Virus record (IMG/VR): IMGVR_UViG_3300008050_000022
Span: 1-64,000 of that record
Strand: one strand, 5' to 3'
Length of the DNA stretch: 64,000 bases
Source: a virus
A program made the position numbers and the translations under genes. The notes beneath the pieces are model-generated. The model was not told the DNA's origin and ran no database searches. It saw only the letters and a program-made list of their open reading frames with translations. Of this stretch, positions 45,464 through 55,000 are shown piece by piece (positions within the stretch are counted from its first letter, which is position 1; each line of letters opens with the position of its first letter).

Positions 45464-45942
45464 GTGATCTAGGACAATGCCCTAACGGGTGCGGCGAACT
45501 CGTTGCTAATGAGAGGCGGGCGTACTGCATCGAATGCGGAGCTACGCCAGGCTTCATTGTTGGTGACCGCATGCCGATCACCAAGGTGATCGAGTCTTCG
45601 TCGATGAAGGACTGGTTCGGGCTAGAGGAGGAGCACTTCTTCAAGCCCGAGGACGTCAAGAAGATGTGGGCCGACTGCGATGACATCGTTAGGAAGGCTG
45701 GAGTCGCTCACGGTGAGCGCTTTGACGTCCCCTACACCCCCGAGGAGCTGGCCAAGTGGGCGAAGGCGGATGAGGCATACAAGAGGGCAGTGCTCGACCC
45801 TCTATCTGAGATCTTCGAGGAGTTCGGGGAAGGGATCAGAGACGCGATGGCCAAGTACCTTCCCGCTGTAAGGGGGTGCCCCGGCTGTTACCAACTGCCC
45901 GACCACTGCATCTGCCCGGAGACCAACGATGACGAGAAGTGA
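45460..45942 (+). CDS. Zn-ribbon hypothetical protein
   Basis: CPNGC..CIECG and C-terminal CPGC..HCIC. Confidence 0.6.
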   Translation: MSDLGQCPNGCGELVANERRAYCIECGATPGFIVGDRMPITKVIESSSMKDWFGLEEEHFFKPEDVKKMWADCDDIVRKAGVAHGERFDVPYTPEELAKWAKADEAYKRAVLDPLSEIFEEFGEGIRDAMAKYLPAVRGCPGCYQLPDHCICPETNDDEK

Positions 45943-46240
45943 GCTGATCGAGAGGGTTCTTGTTCGACTAGGCGAGGACCCTCTCTGGAAGGAGAAAGTT
46001 CCTGGGAAAGCGTCTGGAAGACAGGTGATTTCCCAGGTACTCAAGGGTACAATCGCTGAGCTGGTTGACGCCGTTGAGGACAAGATCGACGTCCAGGTTC
46101 ACGGCCTCGGGACCTTCCTGGTCTCGAAGCAGAAGGTCCAGGGCTATGACTTCCGCAACGGCAAGCAGTTGCCTGTCGAGAAGAGGTACGTGCTTCGGTT
46201 CCGGCCCGGCAAAGCACTCATCGCAGCCTTGGAGAAATGA
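45929..46240 (+). CDS. HU/IHF-family DNA-binding protein
   Basis: MTRSELIERV...VQVHGLGTF...LRFRPGKAL. Confidence 0.85.
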   Translation: MTRSELIERVLVRLGEDPLWKEKVPGKASGRQVISQVLKGTIAELVDAVEDKIDVQVHGLGTFLVSKQKVQGYDFRNGKQLPVEKRYVLRFRPGKALIAALEK

Positions 46241-46419
46241 TGGACAAGTACGCAGTAGAGATCGAACCCGGCATCGAGAAGACCGCCCAGCGCGGGAACG
46301 TCAAGCACTGCCAGAAGTGCGGCAAGAAGCTCTCCCAGAGCTCCAATGTGCCGCACTGTGCCGACTGCGGAACTCAGCCCTTCGAGCGGCATAAGACTCC
46401 CGATACCAAGCGGCGTTAG
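46237..46419 (+). CDS. Small Zn-ribbon protein with EKTA motif
   Basis: MMDKYAVE..EKTAQ..CQKCG...CADCGTQPFE. Confidence 0.65.
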   Translation: MMDKYAVEIEPGIEKTAQRGNVKHCQKCGKKLSQSSNVPHCADCGTQPFERHKTPDTKRR

Positions 46420-46472
46420 CCGCAACTAATCAATTGCGTTTACAGGCGCTCAATGAGCGTCAGGGGATACCT

Positions 46473-47711
46473 ATGGCTAAAAGAAAGACTGCTGCCCGGA
46501 AGGAAGGGCCGAAGCTGTCCCGCAGGGACAGGATCCAGGAGCTGAAGGCGAGGATCAACAAGAACTACGGCGGCAAGGGCGTGATGATGTCTGGGGACGA
46601 GTACGAGGCACCGTTCCTGGTGCTACGTCGTCCCTCCGGAATCGTAGAGCTCGACATCGCTTGCGGTGGTGGCCTGCCTGCAGGTGGTCTGAGCGAGCTC
46701 ATCGGCAAGACCTCCTCCGGGAAGACGACGCTGATGAACCAGTACTTCCGTCGTCAGCAACAGCTGCGAGGGGATGACGCCACGCTCGCAATCGCCATGA
46801 CCGAGCACAAGTTCGACAAGGGACACGCGAAGTTCAACTGCGGCGTGGTTCTGCCTATCCACAAGCGAGAGATCGCTGCCTTCGAGAAGACCCATCGCCG
46901 CATCCTCGACGACGCCGAGAGGCTCAAGATGTCGGAGACGTTGGGGGTCTTCGAGGAGATCGGATCGGACATCGTTGACACGCTGTACGAGATCATTCTC
47001 GACTGCGTGGAGGACAAGACGTTCGACATCATCGGGATCGACTCTTGGGGTGCCGTGCTCACGAAGGTGGCCCAAGAGGCAGAGATGGACGCTCGCATCC
47101 CTGGTGGTGCGGCTCTCATCAACACCATGTTCGTCAACAAGATCGCCGGCCTGTTCGCTGTTCCTCGAGGGGGAGAGATGAACTACACCAGTGTCCTGGG
47201 CGTCAACCAGTACCGGGAGAAGATCGGCGGCAAGAACATGCGGGCCGGTGACATGACCAACATGAGCGTGCAGGGGGGCAACGCCCTCAAGCACCTCAAG
47301 CTCCTGTCGATCTACCTGGACTCCTCTGCCTACTGGAAGGAGGTCCAGGGGAAGAACAGGAGGATCGGCAAGAAGGTCAAGTGGACGATCTACAAGGGCA
47401 AAGCAGGGTGCCATGACGGTGCCTCCGGTGAGTTCAACCTGATCTACGGCAAGGGTCTGGACATTGCCGGAGCCAACATGATGTCGGCTCTCAAGCGAGG
47501 GATCATTCGTCAGAGGGGGGCCTGGCTGACCATCGTCGACTCGTCAGACGAGACGGAGATCCTCAAGGCCAACGGCAAGGTCAAGATGACTGAGGCCCTG
47601 GAGAACGACCCCGATGTCCACGAGTGGCTTGTGGACGAGGTGGTCAGGTACGCCATCAAAGAAGAGGGGGCGATCGTCAACACCAACTACCTGCCCCCGG
47701 AAGATGACTGA
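46473..47711 (+). CDS. recA: RecA/UvsX-like recombinase
   Basis: SG..ELDIACGGGLPAG, GKTSSGKTT, IDSWGA, VNQYREKIG, GGNALKH; ATG 46473. Confidence 0.88.
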   Translation: MAKRKTAARKEGPKLSRRDRIQELKARINKNYGGKGVMMSGDEYEAPFLVLRRPSGIVELDIACGGGLPAGGLSELIGKTSSGKTTLMNQYFRRQQQLRGDDATLAIAMTEHKFDKGHAKFNCGVVLPIHKREIAAFEKTHRRILDDAERLKMSETLGVFEEIGSDIVDTLYEIILDCVEDKTFDIIGIDSWGAVLTKVAQEAEMDARIPGGAALINTMFVNKIAGLFAVPRGGEMNYTSVLGVNQYREKIGGKNMRAGDMTNMSVQGGNALKHLKLLSIYLDSSAYWKEVQGKNRRIGKKVKWTIYKGKAGCHDGASGEFNLIYGKGLDIAGANMMSALKRGIIRQRGAWLTIVDSSDETEILKANGKVKMTEALENDPDVHEWLVDEVVRYAIKEEGAIVNTNYLPPEDD

Positions 47712-48207
47712 GTTCAAGCCGTGTCCTAGCTGTGGGGCAGAAGGCTCCTTCTCGCAGTACATGAGGAGGTACCTCTTCCAGTGCTCCGAGTGCTTCGGAG
47801 TCTTCAAGCAGAGCGTCCTCGAGAAGCCGAAGAAGCGCACCCGTGCCAGCCACAAGGCAAAGGCACAGGTGCGTAGGAGTCGGAAGAACGAGAACAAACG
47901 AGCTCGCAGCATCGGAGGGAAGGTGACTCCTGGATCAGGAAACCGGGAGCTGCCTTCCCTCAAGGGCGACGTCGTCGTGGAAAACGTCCTCCGTGAGGAG
48001 GATAAGGAAACCGAGGCCAAGAGCTTCGTACTGAAGGCTTCTGAGCTGGAGAAGATCCAGATAGAGGCTCGAGCTAACGGAGAACTCATGGCCTTCCGAG
48101 TCACTTTCCTGGGTGGCCGGAAACCGAAGTCCTACGTCCTGGTCACGGAGGACGTATTCGACACCTTCATAGACCTGTGGAGAGCAGATGCAGATCAAGA
48201 CGATTGA
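47704..48207 (+). CDS. Zn-ribbon + PD-(D/E)XK endonuclease (resolvase-like)
   Basis: CPSC..CSEC; TPGSGN..KGDV...EEDKET.AKSF. Confidence 0.65.
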   Translation: MTEFKPCPSCGAEGSFSQYMRRYLFQCSECFGVFKQSVLEKPKKRTRASHKAKAQVRRSRKNENKRARSIGGKVTPGSGNRELPSLKGDVVVENVLREEDKETEAKSFVLKASELEKIQIEARANGELMAFRVTFLGGRKPKSYVLVTEDVFDTFIDLWRADADQDD

Positions 48208-49027
48208 AGACGGGCTGCGGCTCGGCAAGGAGAAGCTAGTAGCGCTGGGCAAGACCGTCTCCTTTCGAGCGGACCTGCTCGACTGGATCGAAGAGAACAT
48301 GAACCGAAACAGCTCCGACCGAGAGGTGAAGGAGCTCGAATGTGGGACGTGCGAGGGATCAGGAGTCCTGATATCGCGACCTCGCTCACGAGGAAGACTT
48401 CACCCCTCTTCGTTCAAGCCGGATGCCTGCTTGCAGAAGCACTGGTACGACTTGATCGACGACGGGGACGAGGTAGAGGAGCGGGGGAACTTCGAGGCCG
48501 AGACCCTGATGATCTTCCAGACGGGGCACTGGGTCCATGATGGACTGCAAGGCTTCGCTGCCAAGATGTATGGGGACACGTTCGAGGCAGAGGTGCCTGC
48601 CCGCATCGACGACTACTTCATCAGCGGATCTGCTGACGGAGAGCGAACCGTTCCTCAGCTGCGGTACGGCTTCGAGTTCAAGACGATCAAGGAGCAGCGG
48701 TTCAACGAGCTCACAGGTGTGAAGGAAGATCACATCTGGCAGGGCACCGTGTACATGAAGGCGCTGGATCTCCCGGTGATGCTCTTCATCTACTTCAACA
48801 AGAACAACTCGCACCTCTTGGAGTTCGTGTCCCCCTTCAATCCTGCCGTATGGGAGGAGATCGAAGAGACCCTTATCACCCCCGTCCTGGAGGCGGGGAA
48901 TGACGGTCCTGGGGCAGTGACTCCTCGCGGTCGTGAGGTCACCAAGTGGACCTGCAGGGACTGCGGATACAACCACGGTTGCCCGCTCTCCAAGTTCAAG
49001 CCAGGCCGCAGGAGGCGTAAGCGATGA
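48188..49027 (+). CDS. Cas4/RecB-like PD-(D/E)XK exonuclease
   Basis: LHPS..C, G.WVHD, GSADG, EFKT, Q.TVYM, C-terminal CRDCGY..C. Confidence 0.8.
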   Translation: MQIKTIEDGLRLGKEKLVALGKTVSFRADLLDWIEENMNRNSSDREVKELECGTCEGSGVLISRPRSRGRLHPSSFKPDACLQKHWYDLIDDGDEVEERGNFEAETLMIFQTGHWVHDGLQGFAAKMYGDTFEAEVPARIDDYFISGSADGERTVPQLRYGFEFKTIKEQRFNELTGVKEDHIWQGTVYMKALDLPVMLFIYFNKNNSHLLEFVSPFNPAVWEEIEETLITPVLEAGNDGPGAVTPRGREVTKWTCRDCGYNHGCPLSKFKPGRRRRKR

Positions 49028-49593
49028 GTCGACGACGAGAGCTAAAGGTCAGCCCCTCTGACTCTGATGACGTAGCCGCCGAGTACGAGGCTGCGTTTGA
49101 TGAGGCAGTGGATGAGCTGGAAGAGAAAGGAGTGGCCTTGTCTACCTCCGCCCCCAAGACCGACTTTTGTGGGATCTTGCCCTCGAACCTGCCTGCCCTG
49201 GATTCCAAGGACCTGGGGGAGCTCTTGGGCCAGACGCAGACCTGGAGGTCCTACGTGTCCGGCCTGATGGCGCTAGCCGACGGCCAGAGCACTGCCCTGG
49301 AGCACGCCTTGAAGGCGGCCGAGGCAGAGGCACGGAAGCGCTTCGCCCACAGCGACGACATGAAGAAGTACGAGAAGGACGATGACGTGAGGCTGGATCC
49401 TCGAGTGGTGGAGCTCCGTGCTCGCTTCCTCAAGGCCAAGATCATGTCGGACTTCCTCTCCAAGAGTGTGGTTCCTTCTGCCGAGGGCTCGTACGGAGCA
49501 GTCAGCAGAGAGATCTCCCGCCGAGAAGGCGACCTGAGTACTGGGATGCGTACCACCAACGCTACCGGCAGGCGCCGGGGGCGAGGACGTTGA
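49024..49593 (+). CDS. Helical protein, possible UvsY-like recombination mediator
   Basis: All-alpha, ends AVSREISRR; next to recA and nucleases (function is inference). Confidence 0.45.
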   Translation: MSRRRELKVSPSDSDDVAAEYEAAFDEAVDELEEKGVALSTSAPKTDFCGILPSNLPALDSKDLGELLGQTQTWRSYVSGLMALADGQSTALEHALKAAEAEARKRFAHSDDMKKYEKDDDVRLDPRVVELRARFLKAKIMSDFLSKSVVPSAEGSYGAVSREISRREGDLSTGMRTTNATGRRRGRGR

Positions 49594-50078
49594 CCGTCGT
49601 ATTCGAGTACCCCGGCCTGCCCTTGTCCGAGAACCGTGCCTACTTCACCAAGGGGAAGATGCGGATCTTGAACAAGGACGGCCGGGCGTGGAAAAGCAGG
49701 CTGCGAAGTGATCTGTGGGAGGCCCTGGACAAGGAGTTGAACGAGCTCCTGGATCTGGCAGGCGATGACCTCTGGATCATGGTCGGATACGACATCTACT
49801 TCGACTCCTTAGTCAACAAAGGGTGGCTGAAAGGAAAGGCGAAGACTCGCTATAAGAAATGTGATGCACGGACCAGGGTTAAGCTACTCGAAGACGCGCT
49901 GTCCGAAGCCCTAGGCATTGACGATTCGCGCTTCCAAGTCGACCACATCTACAAGTGGCATGACCCCGACAACCCGCGTGTGCGGGTGGAACTGACCGTC
50001 ATCGATCCTGAGGACTTCGGCGTGCCAGAAGGATTCATCGATGTCGAAGGAGGAGGCGCCGTGCCCAGCGCACGGTAG
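49590..50078 (+). CDS. RusA-like Holliday junction resolvase
   Basis: P.SEN..Y, D...RVKLLEDAL...GIDDSRF, PRVRVE. Confidence 0.7.
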   Translation: MTVVFEYPGLPLSENRAYFTKGKMRILNKDGRAWKSRLRSDLWEALDKELNELLDLAGDDLWIMVGYDIYFDSLVNKGWLKGKAKTRYKKCDARTRVKLLEDALSEALGIDDSRFQVDHIYKWHDPDNPRVRVELTVIDPEDFGVPEGFIDVEGGGAVPSAR

Positions 50079-50418
50079 CTACAAGGATCGTGACGGGGTC
50101 AAGAGGTACTACAGATCAGCTAGCCGAATGTTTTGTTTACTGGAGTCGTACGACGCCTGCAGGAAGTGTGAACACACGGAGTTCGAATTAGAGCTGATCA
50201 AGGCGGACACACTCGTCGAGTGTCCCGTCGTGGCTGCGGCCCAATGTGGTCCAGGAGCCACTGACGATCCCGTTAGGAACGCAGAAATAGACAAGCTACG
50301 AGAAGGAGACGGACCACCAGATGCACTGACCACACTAAACACCTGCGTATCGGACATGCCCTTCCCGGTATGTCCAGGATGCCTAACGAGGCGAAAATGG
50401 ACGAAGAAACCAAGCTGA
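50041..50418 (+). CDS. Cys-rich hypothetical protein
   Basis: 125 aa; CRKC, CPGC. Confidence 0.55.
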   Translation: MSKEEAPCPAHGSYKDRDGVKRYYRSASRMFCLLESYDACRKCEHTEFELELIKADTLVECPVVAAAQCGPGATDDPVRNAEIDKLREGDGPPDALTTLNTCVSDMPFPVCPGCLTRRKWTKKPS

Positions 50419-50711
50419 TCAACGTCACGGAACTTGTGACTTGCGGCGACGAGCAAGGTCTCGGAGTCCTGTCTCGAGGGGCCGGCAAGAAGCGACTGAA
50501 GGAGGTCGTCATCGAGGGCGAAGATCCGACAGAGAGCGACCTCTGTGGGACAACTTCTCTACGAGAGCGAACCACCTACTTCATCCGCAAGTATCGCCGC
50601 CAGATCACACTCCCCCCATCCGTGGGAGGCGGGCCCTGTAGCGGGGATTGCCGTACCTACGGGTGCCCTACCATCGTCGCGATCAACTGCTCTAGGAACA
50701 TGAGCAAGTGA
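50397..50711 (+). CDS. Cys-rich hypothetical protein
   Basis: MDEETKLINVTEL...CSGDCRTYGCP. Confidence 0.55.
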   Translation: MDEETKLINVTELVTCGDEQGLGVLSRGAGKKRLKEVVIEGEDPTESDLCGTTSLRERTTYFIRKYRRQITLPPSVGGGPCSGDCRTYGCPTIVAINCSRNMSK

Positions 50712-51511
50712 GGTTCAAGAAACAGAGTTGTGCAGGTTGTGCCCTCGTGGCCGCCTGTGACGAAGCCGAGAATGTCGGCGCGGGTGAGATCTCCAGGGGA
50801 CATTCCTGCTCTTCCTGGAAGGAGGCAACTGCTCCTACGATCGCAGCTCGCAAAGACGCCATAGAGACGCTGGGGATGATCGGACTCAAGGCCATCCTCG
50901 ACGTGCCAACCACCAAGATCCATAGCGGAGACATGATGAGCGACAAAGAGACACGAACGACAGAGCTGGGCGACCTGAGCCGTCCCCAGCTGAAGACCGA
51001 GCTGTACAACATCCTCGCGGAGCTGAAGGGCAAGGACCTCCAGGCCGCGTTGAAGGTGTACAACCCCGAGACGAAGTGGAACAGCGACGACGTGCTGGCC
51101 CTCAAGGAGGCGAAGCGTGCGGGCATCCGCACCAAGCCCGACCGTCTGATCGAGGTGATTCTCGGCCTCGAGTTCCCGGAGAAGCCCAAGACGACCCGTC
51201 GTCGCAAGGCCGCGGAGAAGGAGCCCGAGGAGACTGAGGAGGCTCCGAAGAAGACGACTCGCCGCCGCCGTACCACGAAGAAGGAAGAGCCGAAGGCGGA
51301 TCCGATCGAGGTCAGCTTCGACGCGGAGGCTTTCATGGATGCGCTCATCGAGAAGATCGGCCCGTCCCTGAACGGGATCGCCGACGCGGTCGAGGCGCTG
51401 CAGAAGGACGTGAGCGCGCTCAAGACGGGTCAGACCGTCCTGGGTGTGGCGACTGTCGATGAAGAGATCGAGAGCCACGACGACCTGAAGGCGTTCCTCG
51501 AGGAGGGGTAG
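50708..51511 (+). CDS. Hypothetical protein with a basic low-complexity linker; possible internal start 50933
   Basis: KTTRRRK/KKTTRRRRTTKK segments; GGAG SD before in-frame ATG 50933. Confidence 0.6.
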   Translation: MRFKKQSCAGCALVAACDEAENVGAGEISRGHSCSSWKEATAPTIAARKDAIETLGMIGLKAILDVPTTKIHSGDMMSDKETRTTELGDLSRPQLKTELYNILAELKGKDLQAALKVYNPETKWNSDDVLALKEAKRAGIRTKPDRLIEVILGLEFPEKPKTTRRRKAAEKEPEETEEAPKKTTRRRRTTKKEEPKADPIEVSFDAEAFMDALIEKIGPSLNGIADAVEALQKDVSALKTGQTVLGVATVDEEIESHDDLKAFLEEG

Positions 51512-51513
51512 AT

Positions 51514-51572
51514 ACCCGACCTGCTGGGAGGCCAGCCCTCCCCCCTAAGACGGGGGAGGGTTCAGGTCGGGT
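51514..51572 (+). other. Predicted three-way-junction RNA structure
   Basis: ACCCGACCTG/CAGGTCGGGT outer stem enclosing CTGG-GAGG-CCAG and CCCTCCCCC-CTAAGAC-GGGGGAGGG. Confidence 0.5.
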
Positions 51573-51603
51573 TAGGCCGCCTGGGGAAGGCGAGCTGATC
51601 GAG

Positions 51604-51786
51604 TTGACCTCTGAGGATCTCCGATCCATGACGGACTTGGAGCTCATCGACTTCTGCTCCAACGAAGTCGGGATGGTGCTGGAAGACGAGGACCTGGTTC
51701 GCCGAGGCGACAAGGTGATCGGCTGCAAGAGAAGCCGCCTGTACACCAGGCTGATGAGATTCGCGTACGACGTCCGGCCTCTCTAA
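51604..51786 (+). CDS. Small hypothetical protein
   Basis: 60 aa, last gene of the plus operon; start uncertain. Confidence 0.5.
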   Translation: MTSEDLRSMTDLELIDFCSNEVGMVLEDEDLVRRGDKVIGCKRSRLYTRLMRFAYDVRPL

Positions 51787-51805
51787 GGGTCGGGCGTCTG
51801 CGCCC

Positions 51806-52030
51806 TCACCGCTTTTTAGCTATTTCCGCGATCTTGTTCAGATGCTGTGCGTAGCTAGAGCTACGCCGGCGTACCTGCACACCCCGCTTACGAGCTCGGG
51901 CGGGCATGGCCGCCACGATGTCTGCTGGAGGAGAGCCCTTGTGCTTCGGAGCGGGGGCTTGTTCGGGCAGCACATGCTTCATGGCCTGAGCCGCAGCCTT
52001 AGCCAGCTTGATGGGGTCCGACACGATCAC
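51806..52030 (-). CDS. Small basic protein with KLA/KIA motifs
   Basis: GTG 52030 overlaps the stop of the tail gene. Confidence 0.5.
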   Translation of the reverse strand: MIVSDPIKLAKAAAQAMKHVLPEQAPAPKHKGSPPADIVAAMPARARKRGVQVRRRSSSYAQHLNKIAEIAKKR

Positions 52031-55000
52031 GGGTTGATCCGGTTGTACTGGCAACCGAGCGTGGCTCCCAGGAACTTGAACCGAGTAATTTGCTTAACCG
52101 CTGTGAACACCGTCGCCGACGCAGCGTTCGCCGAGATATCGGACGCAAGCCCGATCCGCATACCCGAGGTCCCGTCGGGGTTATCGACCAGGTAATGATT
52201 CACGTCCTGGTTGACTCCACCGCCCTTACCCCAGCAACGAAGCACTAGGGCGTAAGAGAACTGCCGCCTGTCCACATGAGCAGGGTTGAGAACAGTGACC
52301 TGCGGATCCTCTACCTCGGTGTAGAGCTCCTCATGCAGATCAAGCTTCAGCAGATACTGTCGATCTGTTCGAACGTCCTGGTTGATCTCATTCCCATCGC
52401 ATTTTTGGTCTATGGACTTTGTAGTGGGAGCCACTCCCTCCATCCAAGGGATGTCGACCTCCTTGGAGAGGATCACTTCGGAGAAGCCGTGGGCAATGCT
52501 GCTCACTACTGCCGCCCCCACCTCTCGTTCCTCGTCAAAGGCGTTCTCCGTCGGGGAGACCCAGTACCTGTGGAGCTCTAGGAGGAAGCCGATATCACTT
52601 GCTGACGCCTGCGTCATCCCTCCCGGAGTGCAGGAGGTTCCGTAGAAAATTCCTCCGTCCGGAGTCCAGGAACCTTCCACATCCTTCCCCCCAGGACGGT
52701 AACCGAATCCGACTGTCAACGAGGACAGGATGGATCCGTGAGGGGGATCCAATCGGATGATGTGGCCCACCATCGGGGGGAAGCAACCCAGCCCGTCATC
52801 CAACGGGCTCTGCGGCATGAATCTGTCATGGACAAAGTTGAAGCACGCGGAGTGCTTGCCCCTTCTCCAGTACAGGTAAGGATCTGCTAGATCTAGGAAG
52901 TTCTCCCCCGTCAGCTTGACCTCACCGTCTAAATGCAGTACACGCCTTCCCGCCAGGAAGGCCATGTTCGGGGGGCTAATCTTCCCCTCATCTCCCGTGA
53001 CAGTGGCGCCGTAGGTCCTGGATCTATCATCCCATGGGACCTCATCACCGTAGCCGCCCTCTGAGTAACACTCTGCACTCTCGGGGCCGTAGGACTTGTA
53101 GTCCATGGCCGTGCCCGCGATGGAGAACCCTGCAGCCAACACCGGCCCCTCGTTCACCAGCACTCCGTGGTGAACGTCTACGGCTTCGGTATCCACTACT
53201 AGGCTGTAGATGAAGAGCTTCTCTTCTCCGGTTCCGGCCTCGTGCTCTACATCACGCATCCAGGTCTGCCCCAGGCCGAGGCGCACCATCACGGGGGTGC
53301 CGTCTGAGAGAGCGTCCGCCGCCGCCTCTCTCAGATCGTCAGGACTGTCGAAGAAGAGCTCCGTAAACGTAGTGACGTCAGGCAGCAGCTGGAACGTCTG
53401 TGCAGGGGCCGCCTCGTTCCAGGGAGCGAAGTTCTGTCCAACAAGGGCGACTGAGATCGTCTTCTCGTCGTCGAAGTTCTGCGTCCCTGACCACCGCAAC
53501 CCGATCTTCACTCGAATCCTGAAATGCCGCTGTCGGACCCACCTAGCTCCGCCAGTATATGCGTGCAGCGTCTCAGGGTCTGCCTCCGCCGTGCCGTTAG
53601 ACCAGTTGAGGAGGATTGCCCCTAGAGGTTCGGAGACGTCGTCGAAAAGGTTGTCTGGGTCCTTGAAATCTGTGCTGAGCCTGAATGTCCCACCGACGCC
53701 ATTGTCCCGGAACACCCACTCCGAGCTGTTAAAATTCAGGTCTCCAAGATCTCCAAGATCTAGGGGCTCGTAGAGGGGGTGCCAGGCCTGGTTAGCGATC
53801 GGCGGACGAGAGGCGTTCTGGAGCGCCCCGAGGAGAGCTTCCTCTTTCCTCGACATGCCTGCGGCGTAGTCATTCAGGAACAGGGTAGGGGGTGAAAGCG
53901 GCCCGTTCGGACCCAGCCCCATCGGGTAGCCCGCCATATCGCGCGCCTTGGAGTCCTTGTCCAGGAACCTGCCGAACGCCCCTAGCTGCTTGAACGCGAT
54001 GTCCGGGTCTTCCCCCGGTGTGGCGGTCATGTAGGTGCCGACAGTGAACCATGACTCGATATCGAGGTTCGCCCAGTGCCACCGGTTACCTAGAACCGTA
54101 ATCCTCTGGTTAGCAGAAGCGTCCGCAGTCAGGGCCGTAGCTCCTACGTAATCAGGGTGATACACCTCGAACAGGTGGTACCTGTAGCCTAGCCCAGTGA
54201 TCGACTCGTCCAGAGACACGTTGACGATCACGTAGTCCCCCGCCTTCGCGGCATTGGCTCCGGCTAGATCATAGAGTCTTGCGATCTGCCCGACGAATGC
54301 TGACGGATCCTCGACCGGCGTACCTGGATGCGTGTAGAAACGCACGAACCCGCTGGTTCTAGCTGATCTGGACGAGGCAGCGTCCGGAGCCTCGATAGTG
54401 CAGAGATGTCCTCCCGTACCTCGATACGGGAGAACCCGCCCTGGCTGACCCAATCGGGCCGAGATCCGCTCTTCCAGAACAGCGGGGTTCCCTTCTCGAG
54501 CCACATCGTGGTTGGTCTCCCAGTACCGCATCCACGGCTCAGACATGGGGGAGTTCGAGAACCTGGACGTGCTAGACAGCTCCGAGTACGTGCCTCCGTA
54601 CATCTCGTGCAGGTTTTCTCCGTCCGGCCAGGAGATCCGGGGATCCCACTGGTAGACGCCGCCCATGATTTCGAGGGCACCGCCCTGCATCATAGACCAC
54701 CTGTCCTCTCGAACGATGACGCCTGTAGCCTTGCCATCCACGAATGTGATGTCGTCTGGATTCGGAAGGTCGGCGTGGGCTCCACCGGTCTGCCAGCCCA
54801 CCGCTACGAACGCGGAGTCGGTGCCCACCTGCGCCAGGTATAGCGCGGTGCCCATCATGGAAGGACTGGCCTTAGTGCCGTCCATGGAGTACGTGTCTGC
54901 GATCAGAGCGCCGGCCCAGCCGCCCCTCTTAACCGTATCCGCGTCCTCAGAATCTCCGTAGTGCCGAGCAAGGAATCCTCTGGCCGGCTCGGTAGTCGCG

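Noticed and set aside
46446-46459. Palindrome CGCTCA-A-TGAGCG upstream of recA as a LexA-type operator
   Set aside because: Single short instance with no second copy noticed and no match to an SOS box I can name
48188-49027. Cas4-like nuclease as sign of a CRISPR system
   Set aside because: No repeat-spacer array or other cas genes; solo Cas4-like exonucleases are common in phage recombination modules
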